DNA of 64,000 nt from the human T2T-CHM13v2.0 reference genome, Homo sapiens, in NCBI RefSeq assembly GCF_009914755.1, contig NC_060934.1; one strand, 5' to 3'. Of this stretch, positions 44,901-59,900 are shown piece after piece (the first letter of the stretch is position 1; every line of letters starts with the position of its first letter). Both the position numbers and the translations under genes were made by a program. The notes under the pieces are model-generated. The model had not been told where the DNA came from, did no database searches, and saw nothing but the letters and a program-made list of their open reading frames with translations.

Positions 44901-47624
44901 GAAATGAATGGAATCATCAGAGAATGGAATCGAATGGATTCATTGAATGGAATCAGATGGAATCATCGAATGGACTTGAATGGAATCATTGAAAGGACTC
45001 AAATGGAATCATTATTGAATGGAATTGAATGGAATCATCGAATGGTCTCCAATGGAATCATTATCAATGGAATCGAATGGAATCACCGAATAGAATCGAA
45101 TTGAACAATCATCGCATGGTCTCAAATGGAATTATCCTCAAATGGAATCGAATGGAATTATCGAATGCAATCGAATGGAATTATCGAATGCAATTGAATA
45201 GAATCAACGAATGGACTCGAATGGAATCATCGAATGGAATGGAATGGAATAGTGAATGAACTTGAATGGAATCATCATTGAATGGAATCGAATGGAATCA
45301 TCGAGTGGAATCGAATGGTATCATGATCAAATGGAATCGAATGTAATCATCATCAAATGGAATCAAAAATAACCATCATCAATTGGTATTGTATGGAATT
45401 GTCATCAAATGGAATTCAAAGGAATCATCAAATGGAAAAGAATGGAATCATCATCGAATGGAAGCGAAAGGAGTCATCATCTAATGGAATCGCATGGAAT
45501 CATCATCAAATGGAATCGCACGGAATCATCATCAAATGGAATCTAATGGAATCATCATCGAATGGAATCTAATGGAATCATTGAACAGAATTGAGTGGAA
45601 TCTTCATCGAATGAATTGAATGCAATCATCGAATGGTCTCGAATGGAATCATCTTCAAATGGAAAGGAATGGAATCATCGCATAGAATCGAATGGAATTA
45701 TCATTGAATGGACTCGAATGGAATCAACATCAAACGGAATCAAATGGAATTATCGAATGCAATCGAAGAGAATCATCGAATGGCCACGAATGGAATCATC
45801 TAATGGAATGGAATGGAATAATCCAGGGACCCGAATGCAATCAACATCAAATAGAATCGAATGGAATCATCGAATGGACTCGAATGGAATAATCATTGAA
45901 CGGAATCGAATGGAACCATCGTCGAATGGAAACGAATGGAATCATCATCGAATGCAAATGAAAGGAGTCATCATCTAATGGAATCGCATGGAATCATCAT
46001 CAAATGGCATCGAATGGAATCATCATCGAATGGAATCTAACGGAATCACTGAACAGAATTGAATGGAATCGTCACCGAATGAATTGAATGCAATCATCGA
46101 ATCGTCTCGAATGGAATCATCTTCAAATGGAATGGAATGGAATCTTCGCATAGAATCGAATGGAATTATCATCGAATGTACTCAAATGGAATCAACATCA
46201 AACGGAATCAAACGGAATTATCGAATGGAATCGAAGAGAATCATCGAATGGACTCGAATGGAATCATGTAATGAAATAGAATGGAATAATCCATGGACTC
46301 GAATGCAATCATCATCAAATGGAATCGAATGGAATCGTCGAATGGACTCGAATGCAACAAACATTGAACGGAATCGAATGGAATCATCACCGGATGGAAA
46401 CGAATGGAATCATCATCGAATGGAATCGGATGGAATCATCAAATGGAATCAGATGGAATCATCATCAAATGGAATCGAATAGAATTATGGAATGAAATCC
46501 AATGTGATCATCATCGAATTTACTCGAATAGAATCAGCATCCAATGGAAACTAATGGAATCAACATCGAATGGAATCGAATGGAAACAATATCGAATTGA
46601 AAAGAATGGAATTATCATGAAATTGAAATGGATAGACTCATCATCGAATGGATTCGAATGGAATCATCGAATGAAATTGATTGAAATCTTCATCAAATGG
46701 AATCAAATGGAATCATTGAATGGAATCGAATGGAATCATCATCAGATGGAAATGAATGGAATCATCACAGAATGGAATCGAATGGATTCATTGAAGGGAA
46801 TCAGATGGAATCATCGAATGGAGTTGAATGGAATCATTGAATGGACTCGAATGGAATCATTATTGAATGGAATTGAATGGAATCATCGAATGGTCCCGAA
46901 TGGAGACATTATGAAATGGAATCGAATGGAATCACCGAATAGAATCGAATGGAACAATCATCGAATGGACTCAAATGGAATTATCCTCAAATGGAATCAA
47001 ATGGAATTATCGAATGCAATCGAATGGAATTATCGAATGCAATCGAATAGAATCATCAAATGGACTCGAATGGAATCATCGAATGGAAAGGAATGGAATA
47101 GTCAAGAACTCGAAAGGAGTCACCATTGAATGGAATCGCATGGAATCATCGAGTGGAATCGATTGTAATCATGATCAAATGTAATCGAATGGAATCATCA
47201 TTGAATGGAATACAATGAAATCATCGAGTGGAATCGAATGGAATTGTGATCAAATGGAATCGAATGTAATCATCATCAAATGGAATCAAAAATATCCATC
47301 ATCAATTGGTATTGAATGGAATTGTCATCAAATGGAATTCAAAGGAATTATCATCAAATGGAACCGAATGGAATCCTCATTGAATGGAAATGAAAGGAGT
47401 CATCATCTAATGGAATCGCATGGAAACATCATCACATGGAATCGAATGGAATCATCATCGAATGGAATCTAATGGAATCATTGAACGGAATTGAATGGAA
47501 TCGTCATCGAATGAATTGAATGCAATCATCGAATGGTGTCGAATGGAATCATCTTCAAATGGAAAGCAATGGAATCATCACATAGAATCGAATGGAATTG
47601 TCATTGAATGGACTCGAATGGAAT
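29994..47624. repeat. HSat2 higher-order repeat, 4 x 4408 bp
   Basis: Near-identical ORF-track entries at 30082/34490/38898/43305, 31210/35618/40026/44433 and 33181/37589/41996/46404 give periods of 4408 bp, or 4407 across a 1-bp deletion near 41329. Confidence 0.92.
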
Positions 47625-47944
47625 CAACATCAAACGGAATCAAACGGAATTATCGAATGGAATCGAAGAGAATCATCGAATGGCCACGAATGGAATCATC
47701 TAATGGAATGCAATGGAATAATCCACGGACCCGAATGCAATCATCATTGAATAGAAACGAATGGAATCATCGAATGGACTCGAATGGAATAATCATTGAA
47801 TAGAATCGAATGGAATCATCGTCGAATGGAAACGAATGGAATCATCATCGAATGGAAATGAAAGGAGTCATCATCTAATGGAATCGCATGGAATCATCAT
47901 CAAATGGATTCGAATGGAATCATCATCGAATGGAATCTAATTGA

Positions 47945-50900
47945 ATCATTGAACGGAATTGAATGGAATCGTCATCGAATGAATTGAATGCAATCATCGA
48001 ATGGTCTCGAATGGAATCATCTTCAAATGGAATGGAATGGAATCATCGCATAGAATCGAATGGAATTATCATCGAATGGACTAAAATGGAATCAACATCA
48101 AACGGAATTATCGAATGGAATCGAAGAGAATCAACGAATGGCCTCGAATAGAATCATCAAATGGAATGGAATGGAATAATCCATTGACCCGAATGCAATC
48201 ACCATCAAATAGAATCGAATGGAATCATCGAATGGAATCGAATGGAATAATCATTGAACGGAATCGAATGGAACCATCGTCGAATGGATACGAATGGAAT
48301 CATCATCGAATGCAAATGAAAGGAGTCATCATCTAATGGAATCGCATGGAAACAGCATCAAATGGAATCGAATGGAAGCATCATCGAATGGAATCTAATG
48401 GAATCATTGAACGGAATTGAATGGAATCGTCACCGAATGGATTGAATGCAATCATCGAATGGTCTCGAGTGGAATCATCTTCAAATGGAATGGAATGGAA
48501 TGATCATCTCATAGAATCGAATGGAATTATCATTGAATCGACTCAAATGGAATCAACATCAATCGGAATCCAACGGAATTACCGAATGGAATCGAAGAGA
48601 ATCATCGAATGGACTCGAATGGAATCATCTAATGAAATAGAATGGAATAATCCATGGACTCGAATGCAATCATCATCAAATGGAATCGAATGGAATCGTC
48701 GAATGGACTCGAGTGGAATAAACATTGAACGGAATCGAATGGAATCATCACCAGATAGAAACGAATAGAATCATCATCGAATGGAATCGAATGTGATCAT
48801 CAAATGGAATCAGATGGAATCATCATCAAATGGAATCGAATAGAATTATGGAATGGAATCCAATGTGATCATCATCGAATGAACTCGAACGGAATCATCA
48901 TCCAATGGAAACTAATGGAATCAACATCGAATGGAATCGAATGGAAACACCATCGAATTGAAACGAATGGAATTATCATGAAATTGAAATGGATGGACTC
49001 ATCATCGAATGGATTCGAATGGAATCATCGAATGAAATTGATTGAAATCATCATCAAATGGAATCGAATGGAATCATTGAATGGAATCGAATGGAATCAT
49101 CATCAGATGGAAATGAATGGAATCATCATAGAATGGAATCGAATGGATTCATTGAATGGAATCAGATGGAATCATCGAATGGACTTGAATGGAATCATTG
49201 AATGGACTCGAATGGAATCTTTATTGAATGGAATTGAATGTAATCATTGAATGGACTCGAATGGAATCATTATCAAATGGAATCGAATGGAATCACCGAA
49301 TAGAATCGAATGGAACAATCATCGAATGGACTCAAATGGAATTATCCTCAAATGGAATCGAATGGAATTATCGAATGCAATCGAATGGAATTATCGAATG
49401 CAATCGAATAGAATCATCCAATGCACTCGACTGGAATCATGGAATGGAATGGAATGGAATGGAATAGTCAATGAACTCGAATGGAATCATCATTGAATGG
49501 AATCGAATGGAATCATCGAGTGGAATCGAATGGAATTATGATCAAATGGAATCGAATGTAATAATCATCAAACGGAATCAAAAATATCCATCATCAATTG
49601 GTATTGAATGGAATTGTCATCAAATGGAATTCAAAGGAATTATCATCAAATGGAACCGAATGAAATCCTCGTTGAATGGAAATGAAAGGAGTCATCATCT
49701 AATGGAATCGCATGGAATCATCATCACATGGAATGGAATGGAATCATCATCGAATGGAATCTAATGGAATCATTGAACGGAATTGAATGGAATCGTCATC
49801 GAATGAATTGAATGCAATCATCGAATGGTCTCGAATGGAATCATCTTCAAATGGAAAGGAATGGAATAATCGCATAGAATCGAATGGAATTGTCATTGAA
49901 TGGACTCGAATGGAATCAACATCAAACGGAATCAAACGGAATTATCGAATGGAATCGAAGAGAATCATCGAATGGCCACGAATGGAATCATCTAATGGAA
50001 TGCAATGGAATAATCCACGGACCCGAATGTAATCGTCATTGAATAGAAACTAATGGAATCATCGAATGGACTCGAATGGAATAATCATTGAATAGAATCG
50101 AATGGAATCATCGTCGAATGGAAACGAATGGAATCATCATCGAATGGAAATGAAAGGAGTCATCATCTAATGGAATCGCATAGAATCATCATCAAATGGC
50201 ATAGAATGGAATCATCATCGAATGGATTCTAATGGAATCATTGAACGGAATTGAATGGTATCGTCATCGAAAGAATTGAATGCAATCATCGAATGGTCTC
50301 GAATGGAATCATCTTCAAATGGAATGGAATGTAATAATCGCATAGAATCGAATGGAATTATCATTGAATGGACTCAAACGGAATCAATATCAAACGGAAT
50401 CAAACGGAATTATCAAATGGAATCGAAGAGAATCATCGAATGGACTCGAATGGAATCATCTAATGAAATAGAATGGAATAATCCATGGACTCGCATGCAA
50501 TCACCATGAAATGGAAGCGAATGGAATCGTCGAATGGAATCGAATGGAATAAACATTGAACGGAATAGAATGGAGTAATCACCGGATGGAAACGAATGGA
50601 ATAATCATCGAATGGAATAATAAGATGGAATCATCATCAAATGGAATCGAATAGAATTTTGGAATGAAATCCAATGTGATCATCATCGAATGGACTCGAA
50701 CGGAATCGTCATCCAATGGAAACTAATGGAATCAACATCGACTGGAATCGAATGGAAACACCATCGAATTGAAACGAATCTAATTATCATGAAACTGAAA
50801 TGGATGGACTCATCATCGAATGGATTCGAATGGAATCACCGAATGAAATTGATAGAAATCATCATCAAATGGAATCGAATGGAATCATTGAATGGAATCG

Positions 50901-53900
50901 AATGGAATCATCATCAGATGGAAATGAATGGAATCATCACTGAATGGAAATGAAAGGAGTCATCATCTAATGGAATCGCATGGAATCATCATCGAATGGA
51001 ATCTAATTGAATCATTGAACGGAATTGAATGGAATCGTCATCGAATGAATTGAATGCAATCATCGAATGGTCTCGAATGGAATCATCTTCAAATGGAATG
51101 GAATGGAATCATCGCATAGAATCGAATGGAATTATCATCGAAGGGACTAAAATGGAATCAACATCAAACGGAATTATCGAATGGAATCGAAGAGAATCAA
51201 CGAATGGCCTCGAATAGAATCATCAAATGGAATGGAATGCAATAATCCATTGACCCGAATGCAATCACCATCAAATAGAATCGAATGGAATCATCGAATG
51301 GACTCGAAAGGAATAATCATTGAACGGAATAGAATGGAACCATCGTCGAATGGATACGAATGGAATCATCATCGAATGCAAATGAAAGGAGTCATCATCT
51401 AATGGAATCGCATGGAATCAGCATCAAATGGAATCGAATGGAATCATTGAATGGAATCGAATGGAGTCATCATCAGATGGAAATGAATGGAATCATCATA
51501 GAATGGAATCGAATGGATTCATTGAATGGAATCAGATGGAATCATCGAATGGACTTGAATGGAATCATTGAATGGACTCGAATGGAATCATTATTGCATG
51601 GAATTGAATGGAATCATCGAATGGTCCCGAATGGAGTCATTATCAAATGGAATCGAGCGGAATCACCGAATAGAATCGAATGGAACAAACATCGAATGGA
51701 CTCAAATGTAATTATCCTCAAATGGAACCGAATGGAATTATCAAATGCAATCGAATGGAATTATCGAATGCAATCGAATAGAATCATCGAATGGACTCGA
51801 ATGGAATCATCGAATGGAAGGGAATAGAATAGTCAATGAACTCGAATGGAATCATCATTGAATGGATTCGAATGGAATCATCGAGTGGAATCGAATGGAA
51901 TCATGATCAAATGGAATCGAATGTAATCATCCTCAAATGGAATCAAAAATAAACATCATCAATTGGTATTGAGTGGAATTGTCATCAAATGAAATTCAAA
52001 GGAATCATCAAATGGAACCGAATGGAATCCTCATTGAATGGAAATGAAAGGAGTCATCATCTAATGGAATGGCATGGAATCATCATCAAATGGAATCTAA
52101 TGAAATCCTTGAACTGAATTGAATGGAATCGTCATCGAATGAATTGAATGCAATCATCGAATGGTTTGGAATGGAATCATCTTCAAATGGAAAGGAATGG
52201 AATCATCGCATAGAATCGAATGGAATTATCATCGAATGGCCACGAATGGAATCATCTAATGGAATGGAATGGAATAATCCATGGACCCGAATGCAATCAT
52301 CATCGAATAGAATCGAATGGAATCATCGAATGGACTCGAATGGAATAATTATTGAAAGGAATCGAATGGAATCATCGTCGAATGGAAACGAATGGAATCA
52401 TCATCGAATGGAAATGAAAGGAGTCATCATCTAATGGAATCGCATGGAATCATCATCAAATGGAATCGAATGGAATCATCATCGAATGGAATCTAATGGA
52501 ATCATTGAACGGAATTGAATGGAATCGTCATCGAATGAATTGAATGCAATCATCGAATGGTCTCGAATGGAATCATCTTCAAATGGAATGGAATGGAATC
52601 ATCGCATAGAATCGAATGGAATTATCATCGAAGGGACTAAAATGGAATCAACATCAAACGGAATTATCGAATGGAATCGAAGAGAATCAACGAATGGCCT
52701 CGAATAGAATCATCAAATGGAATGGAATGGAATAATCCATTGACCCGAATGCAATCACCATCAAATAGAATCGAATGGAATCATCGAATGGAATCGAATG
52801 GAATAATCATTGAACGGAATCGAATGGAACCATCGTCGAATGGATACGAATGGAATCATCATCGAATGCAAATGAAAGGAGTCATCATCTAATGGAATCG
52901 CATGGAAACAGCATCAAATGGAATCGAATGGAAGCATCATCGAATGGAATCTAATGGAATCATTGAACGGAATTGAATGGAATCGTCACCGAATGGATTG
53001 AATGCAATCATCGAATGGTCTCGAGTGGAATCATCTTCAAATGGAATGGAATGGAATGATCATCTCATAGAATCGAATGGAATTATCATTGAATCGACTC
53101 AAATGGAATCAACATCAATCGGAATCCAACGGAATTACCGAATGGAATCGAAGAGAATCATCGAATGGACTCGAATGGAATCATCTAATGAAATAGAATG
53201 GAATAATCCATGGACTCGAATGCAATCATCATCAAATGGAATCGAATGGAATCGTCGAATGGACTCGAGTGGAATAAACATTGAACGGAATCGAATGGAA
53301 TCATCACCAGATAGAAACGAATAGAATCATCATCGAATGGAATCGAATGTGATCATCAAATGGAATCAGATGGAATCATCATCAAATGGAATCGAATAGA
53401 ATTATGGAATGGAATCCAATGTGATCATCATCGAATGAACTCGAACGGAATCATCATCCAATGGAAACTAATGGAATCAACATCGAATGGAATCGAATGG
53501 AAACACCATCGAATTGAAACGAATGGAATTATCATGAAATTGAAATGGATGGACTCATCATCGAATGGATTCGAATGGAATCATCGAATGAAATTGATTG
53601 AAATCATCATCAAATGGAATCGAATGGAATCATTGAATGGAATCGAATGGAATCATCATCAGATGGAAATGAATGGAATCATCATAGAATGGAATCGAAT
53701 GGATTCATTGAATGGAATCAGATGGAATCATCGAATGGACTTGAATGGAATCATTGAATGGACTCGAATGGAATCTTTATTGAATGGAATTGAATGTAAT
53801 CATTGAATGGACTCGAATGGAATCATTATCAAATGGAATCGAATGGAATCACCGAATAGAATCGAATGGAACAATCATCGAATGGACTCAAATGGAATTA

Positions 53901-56900
53901 TCCTCAAATGGAATCGAATGGAATTATCGAATGCAATCGAATGGAATTATCGAATGCAATCGAATAGAATCATCCAATGCACTCGACTGGAATCATGGAA
54001 TGGAATGGAATGGAATAGTCAATGAACTCGAATGGAATCATCATTGAATGGAATCGAATGGAATCATCGAGTGGAATCGAATGGAATTATGATCAAATGG
54101 AATCGAATGTAATAATCATCAAACGGAATCAAAAATATCCATCATCAATTGGTATTGAATGGAATTGTCATCAAATGGAATTCAAAGGAATTATCATCAA
54201 ATGGAACCGAATGAAATCCTCGTTGAATGGAAATGAAAGGAGTCATCATCTAATGGAATCGCATGGAATCATCATCACATGGAATGGAATGGAATCATCA
54301 TCGAATGGAATCTAATGGAATCATTGAACGGAATTGAATGGAATCGTCATCGAATGAATTGAATGCAATCATCGAATGGTCTCGAATGGAATCATCTTCA
54401 AATGGAAAGGAATGGAATAATCGCATAGAATCGAATGGAATTGTCATTGAATGGACTCGAATGGAATCAACATCAAACGGAATCAAACGGAATTATCGAA
54501 TGGAATCGAAGAGAATCATCGAATGGCCACGAATGGAATCATCTAATGGAATGCAATGGAATAATCCACGGACCCGAATGTAATCGTCATTGAATAGAAA
54601 CTAATGGAATCATCGAATGGACTCGAATGGAATAATCATTGAATAGAATCGAATGGAATCATCGTCGAATGGAAACGAATGGAATCATCATCGAATGGAA
54701 ATGAAAGGAGTCATCATCTAATGGAATCGCATAGAATCATCATCAAATGGCATAGAATGGAATCATCATCGAATGGATTCTAATGGAATCATTGAACGGA
54801 ATTGAATGGTATCGTCATCGAAAGAATTGAATGCAATCATCGAATGGTCTCGAATGGAATCATCTTCAAATGGAATGGAATGTAATAATCGCATAGAATC
54901 GAATGGAATTATCATTGAATGGACTCAAACGGAATCAATATCAAACGGAATCAAACGGAATTATCAAATGGAATCGAAGAGAATCATCGAATGGACTCGA
55001 ATGGAATCATCTAATGAAATAGAATGGAATAATCCATGGACTCGCATGCAATCACCATGAAATGGAAGCGAATGGAATCGTCGAATGGAATCGAATGGAA
55101 TAAACATTGAACGGAATAGAATGGAGTAATCACCGGATGGAAACGAATGGAATAATCATCGAATGGAATAATAAGATGGAATCATCATCAAATGGAATCG
55201 AATAGAATTTTGGAATGAAATCCAATGTGATCATCATCGAATGGACTCGAACGGAATCGTCATCCAATGGAAACTAATGGAATCAACATCGACTGGAATC
55301 GAATGGAAACACCATCGAATTGAAACGAATCTAATTATCATGAAACTGAAATGGATGGACTCATCATCGAATGGATTCGAATGGAATCACCGAATGAAAT
55401 TGATAGAAATCATCATCAAATGGAATCGAATGGAATCATTGAATGGAATCGAATGGAATCATCATCAGATGGAAATGAATGGAATCATCACTGAATGGAA
55501 ATGAAAGGAGTCATCATCTAATGGAATCGCATGGAATCATCATCGAATGGAATCTAATTGAATCATTGAACGGAATTGAATGGAATCGTCATCGAATGAA
55601 TTGAATGCAATCATCGAATGGTCTCGAATGGAATCATCTTCAAATGGAATGGAATGGAATCATCGCATAGAATCGAATGGAATTATCATCGAAGGGACTA
55701 AAATGGAATCAACATCAAACGGAATTATCGAATGGAATCGAAGAGAATCAACGAATGGCCTCGAATAGAATCATCAAATGGAATGGAATGCAATAATCCA
55801 TTGACCCGAATGCAATCACCATCAAATAGAATCGAATGGAATCATCGAATGGACTCGAAAGGAATAATCATTGAACGGAATAGAATGGAACCATCGTCGA
55901 ATGGATACGAATGGAATCATCATCGAATGCAAATGAAAGGAGTCATCATCTAATGGAATCGCATGGAATCAGCATCAAATGGAATCGAATGGAATCATTG
56001 AATGGAATCGAATGGAGTCATCATCAGATGGAAATGAATGGAATCATCATAGAATGGAATCGAATGGATTCATTGAATGGAATCAGATGGAATCATCGAA
56101 TGGACTTGAATGGAATCATTGAATGGACTCGAATGGAATCATTATTGCATGGAATTGAATGGAATCATCGAATGGTCCCGAATGGAGTCATTATCAAATG
56201 GAATCGAGCGGAATCACCGAATAGAATCGAATGGAACAAACATCGAATGGACTCAAATGTAATTATCCTCAAATGGAACCGAATGGAATTATCAAATGCA
56301 ATCGAATGGAATTATCGAATGCAATCGAATAGAATCATCGAATGGACTCGAATGGAATCATCGAATGGAAGGGAATAGAATAGTCAATGAACTCGAATGG
56401 AATCATCATTGAATGGATTCGAATGGAATCATCGAGTGGAATCGAATGGAATCATGATCAAATGGAATCGAATGTAATCATCCTCAAATGGAATCAAAAA
56501 TAAACATCATCAATTGGTATTGAGTGGAATTGTCATCAAATGAAATTCAAAGGAATCATCAAATGGAACCGAATGGAATCCTCATTGAATGGAAATGAAA
56601 GGAGTCATCATCTAATGGAATGGCATGGAATCATCATCAAATGGAATCTAATGAAATCCTTGAACTGAATTGAATGGAATCGTCATCGAATGAATTGAAT
56701 GCAATCATCGAATGGTTTGGAATGGAATCATCTTCAAATGGAAAGGAATGGAATCATCGCATAGAATCGAATGGAATTATCATCGAATGGCCACGAATGG
56801 AATCATCTAATGGAATGGAATGGAATAATCCATGGACCCGAATGCAATCATCATCGAATAGAATCGAATGGAATCATCGAATGGACTCGAATGGAATAAT

Positions 56901-59900
56901 TATTGAAAGGAATCGAATGGAATCATCGTCGAATGGAAACGAATGGAATCATCATCGAATGGAAATGAAAGGAGTCATCATCTAATGGAATCGCATGGAA
57001 TCATCATCAAATGGAATCGAATGGAATCATCATCGAATGGAATCTAATGGAATCATTGAACGGAATTGAATGGAATCGTCATCGAATGAATTGAATGCAA
57101 TCATCGAATGGTCTCGAATGGAATCATCTTCAAATGGAATGGAATGGAATCATCGCATAGAATCGAATGGAATTATCATCGAATGGACTAAAATGGAATC
57201 AACATCAAACGGAATTATCGAATGGAATCGAAGAGAATCAACGAATGGCCTCGAATAGAATCATCAAATGGAATGGAATGGAATAATCCATTGACCCGAA
57301 TGCAATCACCATCAAATAGAATCGAATGGAATCATCGAATGGAATCGAATGGAATAATCATTGAACGGAATCGAATGGAACCATCGTCGAATGGATACGA
57401 ATGGAATCATCATCGAATGCAAATGAAAGGAGTCATCATCTAATGGAATCGCATGGAAACAGCATCAAATGGAATCGAATGGAAGCATCATCGAATGGAA
57501 TCTAATGGAATCATTGAACGGAATTGAATGGAATCGTCACCGAATGGATTGAATGCAATCATCGAATGGTCTCGAGTGGAATCATCTTCAAATGGAATGG
57601 AATGGAATGATCATCTCATAGAATCGAATGGAATTATCATTGAATGGACTCAAATGGAATCAACATCAATCGGAATCCAACGGAATTACCGAATGGAATC
57701 GAAGAGAATCATCGAATGGACTCGAATGGAATCATCTAATGAAATAGAATGGAATAATCCATGGACTCGAATGCAATCATCATCAAATGGAATCGAATGG
57801 AATCGTCGAATGGACTCGAATGGAATAAACATTGAACGGAATCGAATGGAATCATCACCAGATAGAAACGAATAGAATCATCATCGAATGGAATCGAATG
57901 TGATCATCAAATGGAATCAGATGGAATCATCATCAAATGGAATCGAATAGAATTATGGAATGGAATCCAATGTGATCATCATCGAATGAACTCGAACGGA
58001 ATCATCATCCAATGGAAACTAATGGAATCAACATCGAATGGAATCGAATGGAAACACCATCGAATTGAAACGAATGGAATTATCATGAAATTGAAATGGA
58101 TGGACTCATCATCGAATGGATTCGAATGGAATCATCGAATGAAATTGATTGAAATCATCATCAAATGGAATCGAATGGAATCATTGAATGGAATCGAATG
58201 GAATCATCATCAGATGGAAATGAATGGAATCATCATAGAATGGAATCGAATGGATTCATTGAATGGAATCAGATGGAATCATCGAATGGACTTGAATGGA
58301 ATCATTGAATGGACTCGAATGGAATCTTTATTGAATGGAATTGAATGTAATCATTGAATGGACTCGAATGGAATCATTATCAAATGGAATCGAATGGAAT
58401 CACCGAATAGAATCGAATGGAACAATCATCGAATGGACTCAAATGGAATTATCCTCAAATGGAATCGAATGGAATTATCGAATGCAATCGAATGGAATTA
58501 TCGAATGCAATCGAATAGAATCATCCAATGCACTCGACTGGAATCATGGAATGGAATGGAATGGAATAGTCAATGAACTCGAATGGAATCATCATTGAAT
58601 GGAATCGAATGGAATCATCGAGTGGAATCGAATGGAATTATGATCAAATGGAATCGAATGTAATAATCATCAAACGGAATCAAAAATATCCATCATCAAT
58701 TGGTATTGAATGGAATTGTCATCAAATGGAATTCAAAGGAATTATCATCAAATGGAACCGAATGAAATCCTCGTTGAATGGAAATGAAAGGAGTCATCAT
58801 CTAATGGAATCGCATGGAATCATCATCACATGGAATGGAATGGAATCATCATCGAATGGAATCTAATGGAATCATTGAACGGAATTGAATGGAATCGTCA
58901 TCGAATGAATTGAATGCAATCATCGAATGGTCTCGAATGGAATCATCTTCAAATGGAAAGGAATGGAATAATCGCATAGAATCGAATGGAATTGTCATTG
59001 AATGGACTCGAATGGAATCAACATCAAACGGAATCAAACGGAATTATCGAATGGAATCGAAGAGAATCATCGAATGGCCACGAATGGAATCATCTAATGG
59101 AATGCAATGGAATAATCCACGGACCCGAATGTAATCGTCATTGAATAGAAACTAATGGAATCATCGAATGGACTCGAATGGAATAATCATTGAATAGAAT
59201 CGAATGGAATCATCGTCGAATGGAAACGAATGGAATCATCATCGAATGGAAATGAAAGGAGTCATCATCTAATGGAATCGCATAGAATCATCATCAAATG
59301 GCATAGAATGGAATCATCATCGAATGGATTCTAATGGAATCATTGAACGGAATTGAATGGTATCGTCATCGAAAGAATTGAATGCAATCATCGAATGGTC
59401 TCGAATGGAATCATCTTCAAATGGAATGGAATGTAATAATCGCATAGAATCGAATGGAATTATCATTGAATGGACTCAAACGGAATCAATATCAAACGGA
59501 ATCAAACGGAATTATCAAATGGAATCGAAGAGAATCATCGAATGGACTCGAATGGAATCATCTAATGAAATAGAATGGAATAATCCATGGACTCGCATGC
59601 AATCACCATGAAATGGAAGCGAATGGAATCGTCGAATGGAATCGAATGGAATAAACATTGAACGGAATAGAATGGAGTAATCACCGGATGGAAACGAATG
59701 GAATAATCATCGAATGGAATAATAAGATGGAATCATCATCAAATGGAATCGAATAGAATTTTGGAATGAAATCCAATGTGATCATCATCGAATGGACTCG
59801 AACGGAATCGTCATCCAATGGAAACTAATGGAATCAACATCGACTGGAATCGAATGGAAACACCATCGAATTGAAACGAATCTAATTATCATGAAACTGA

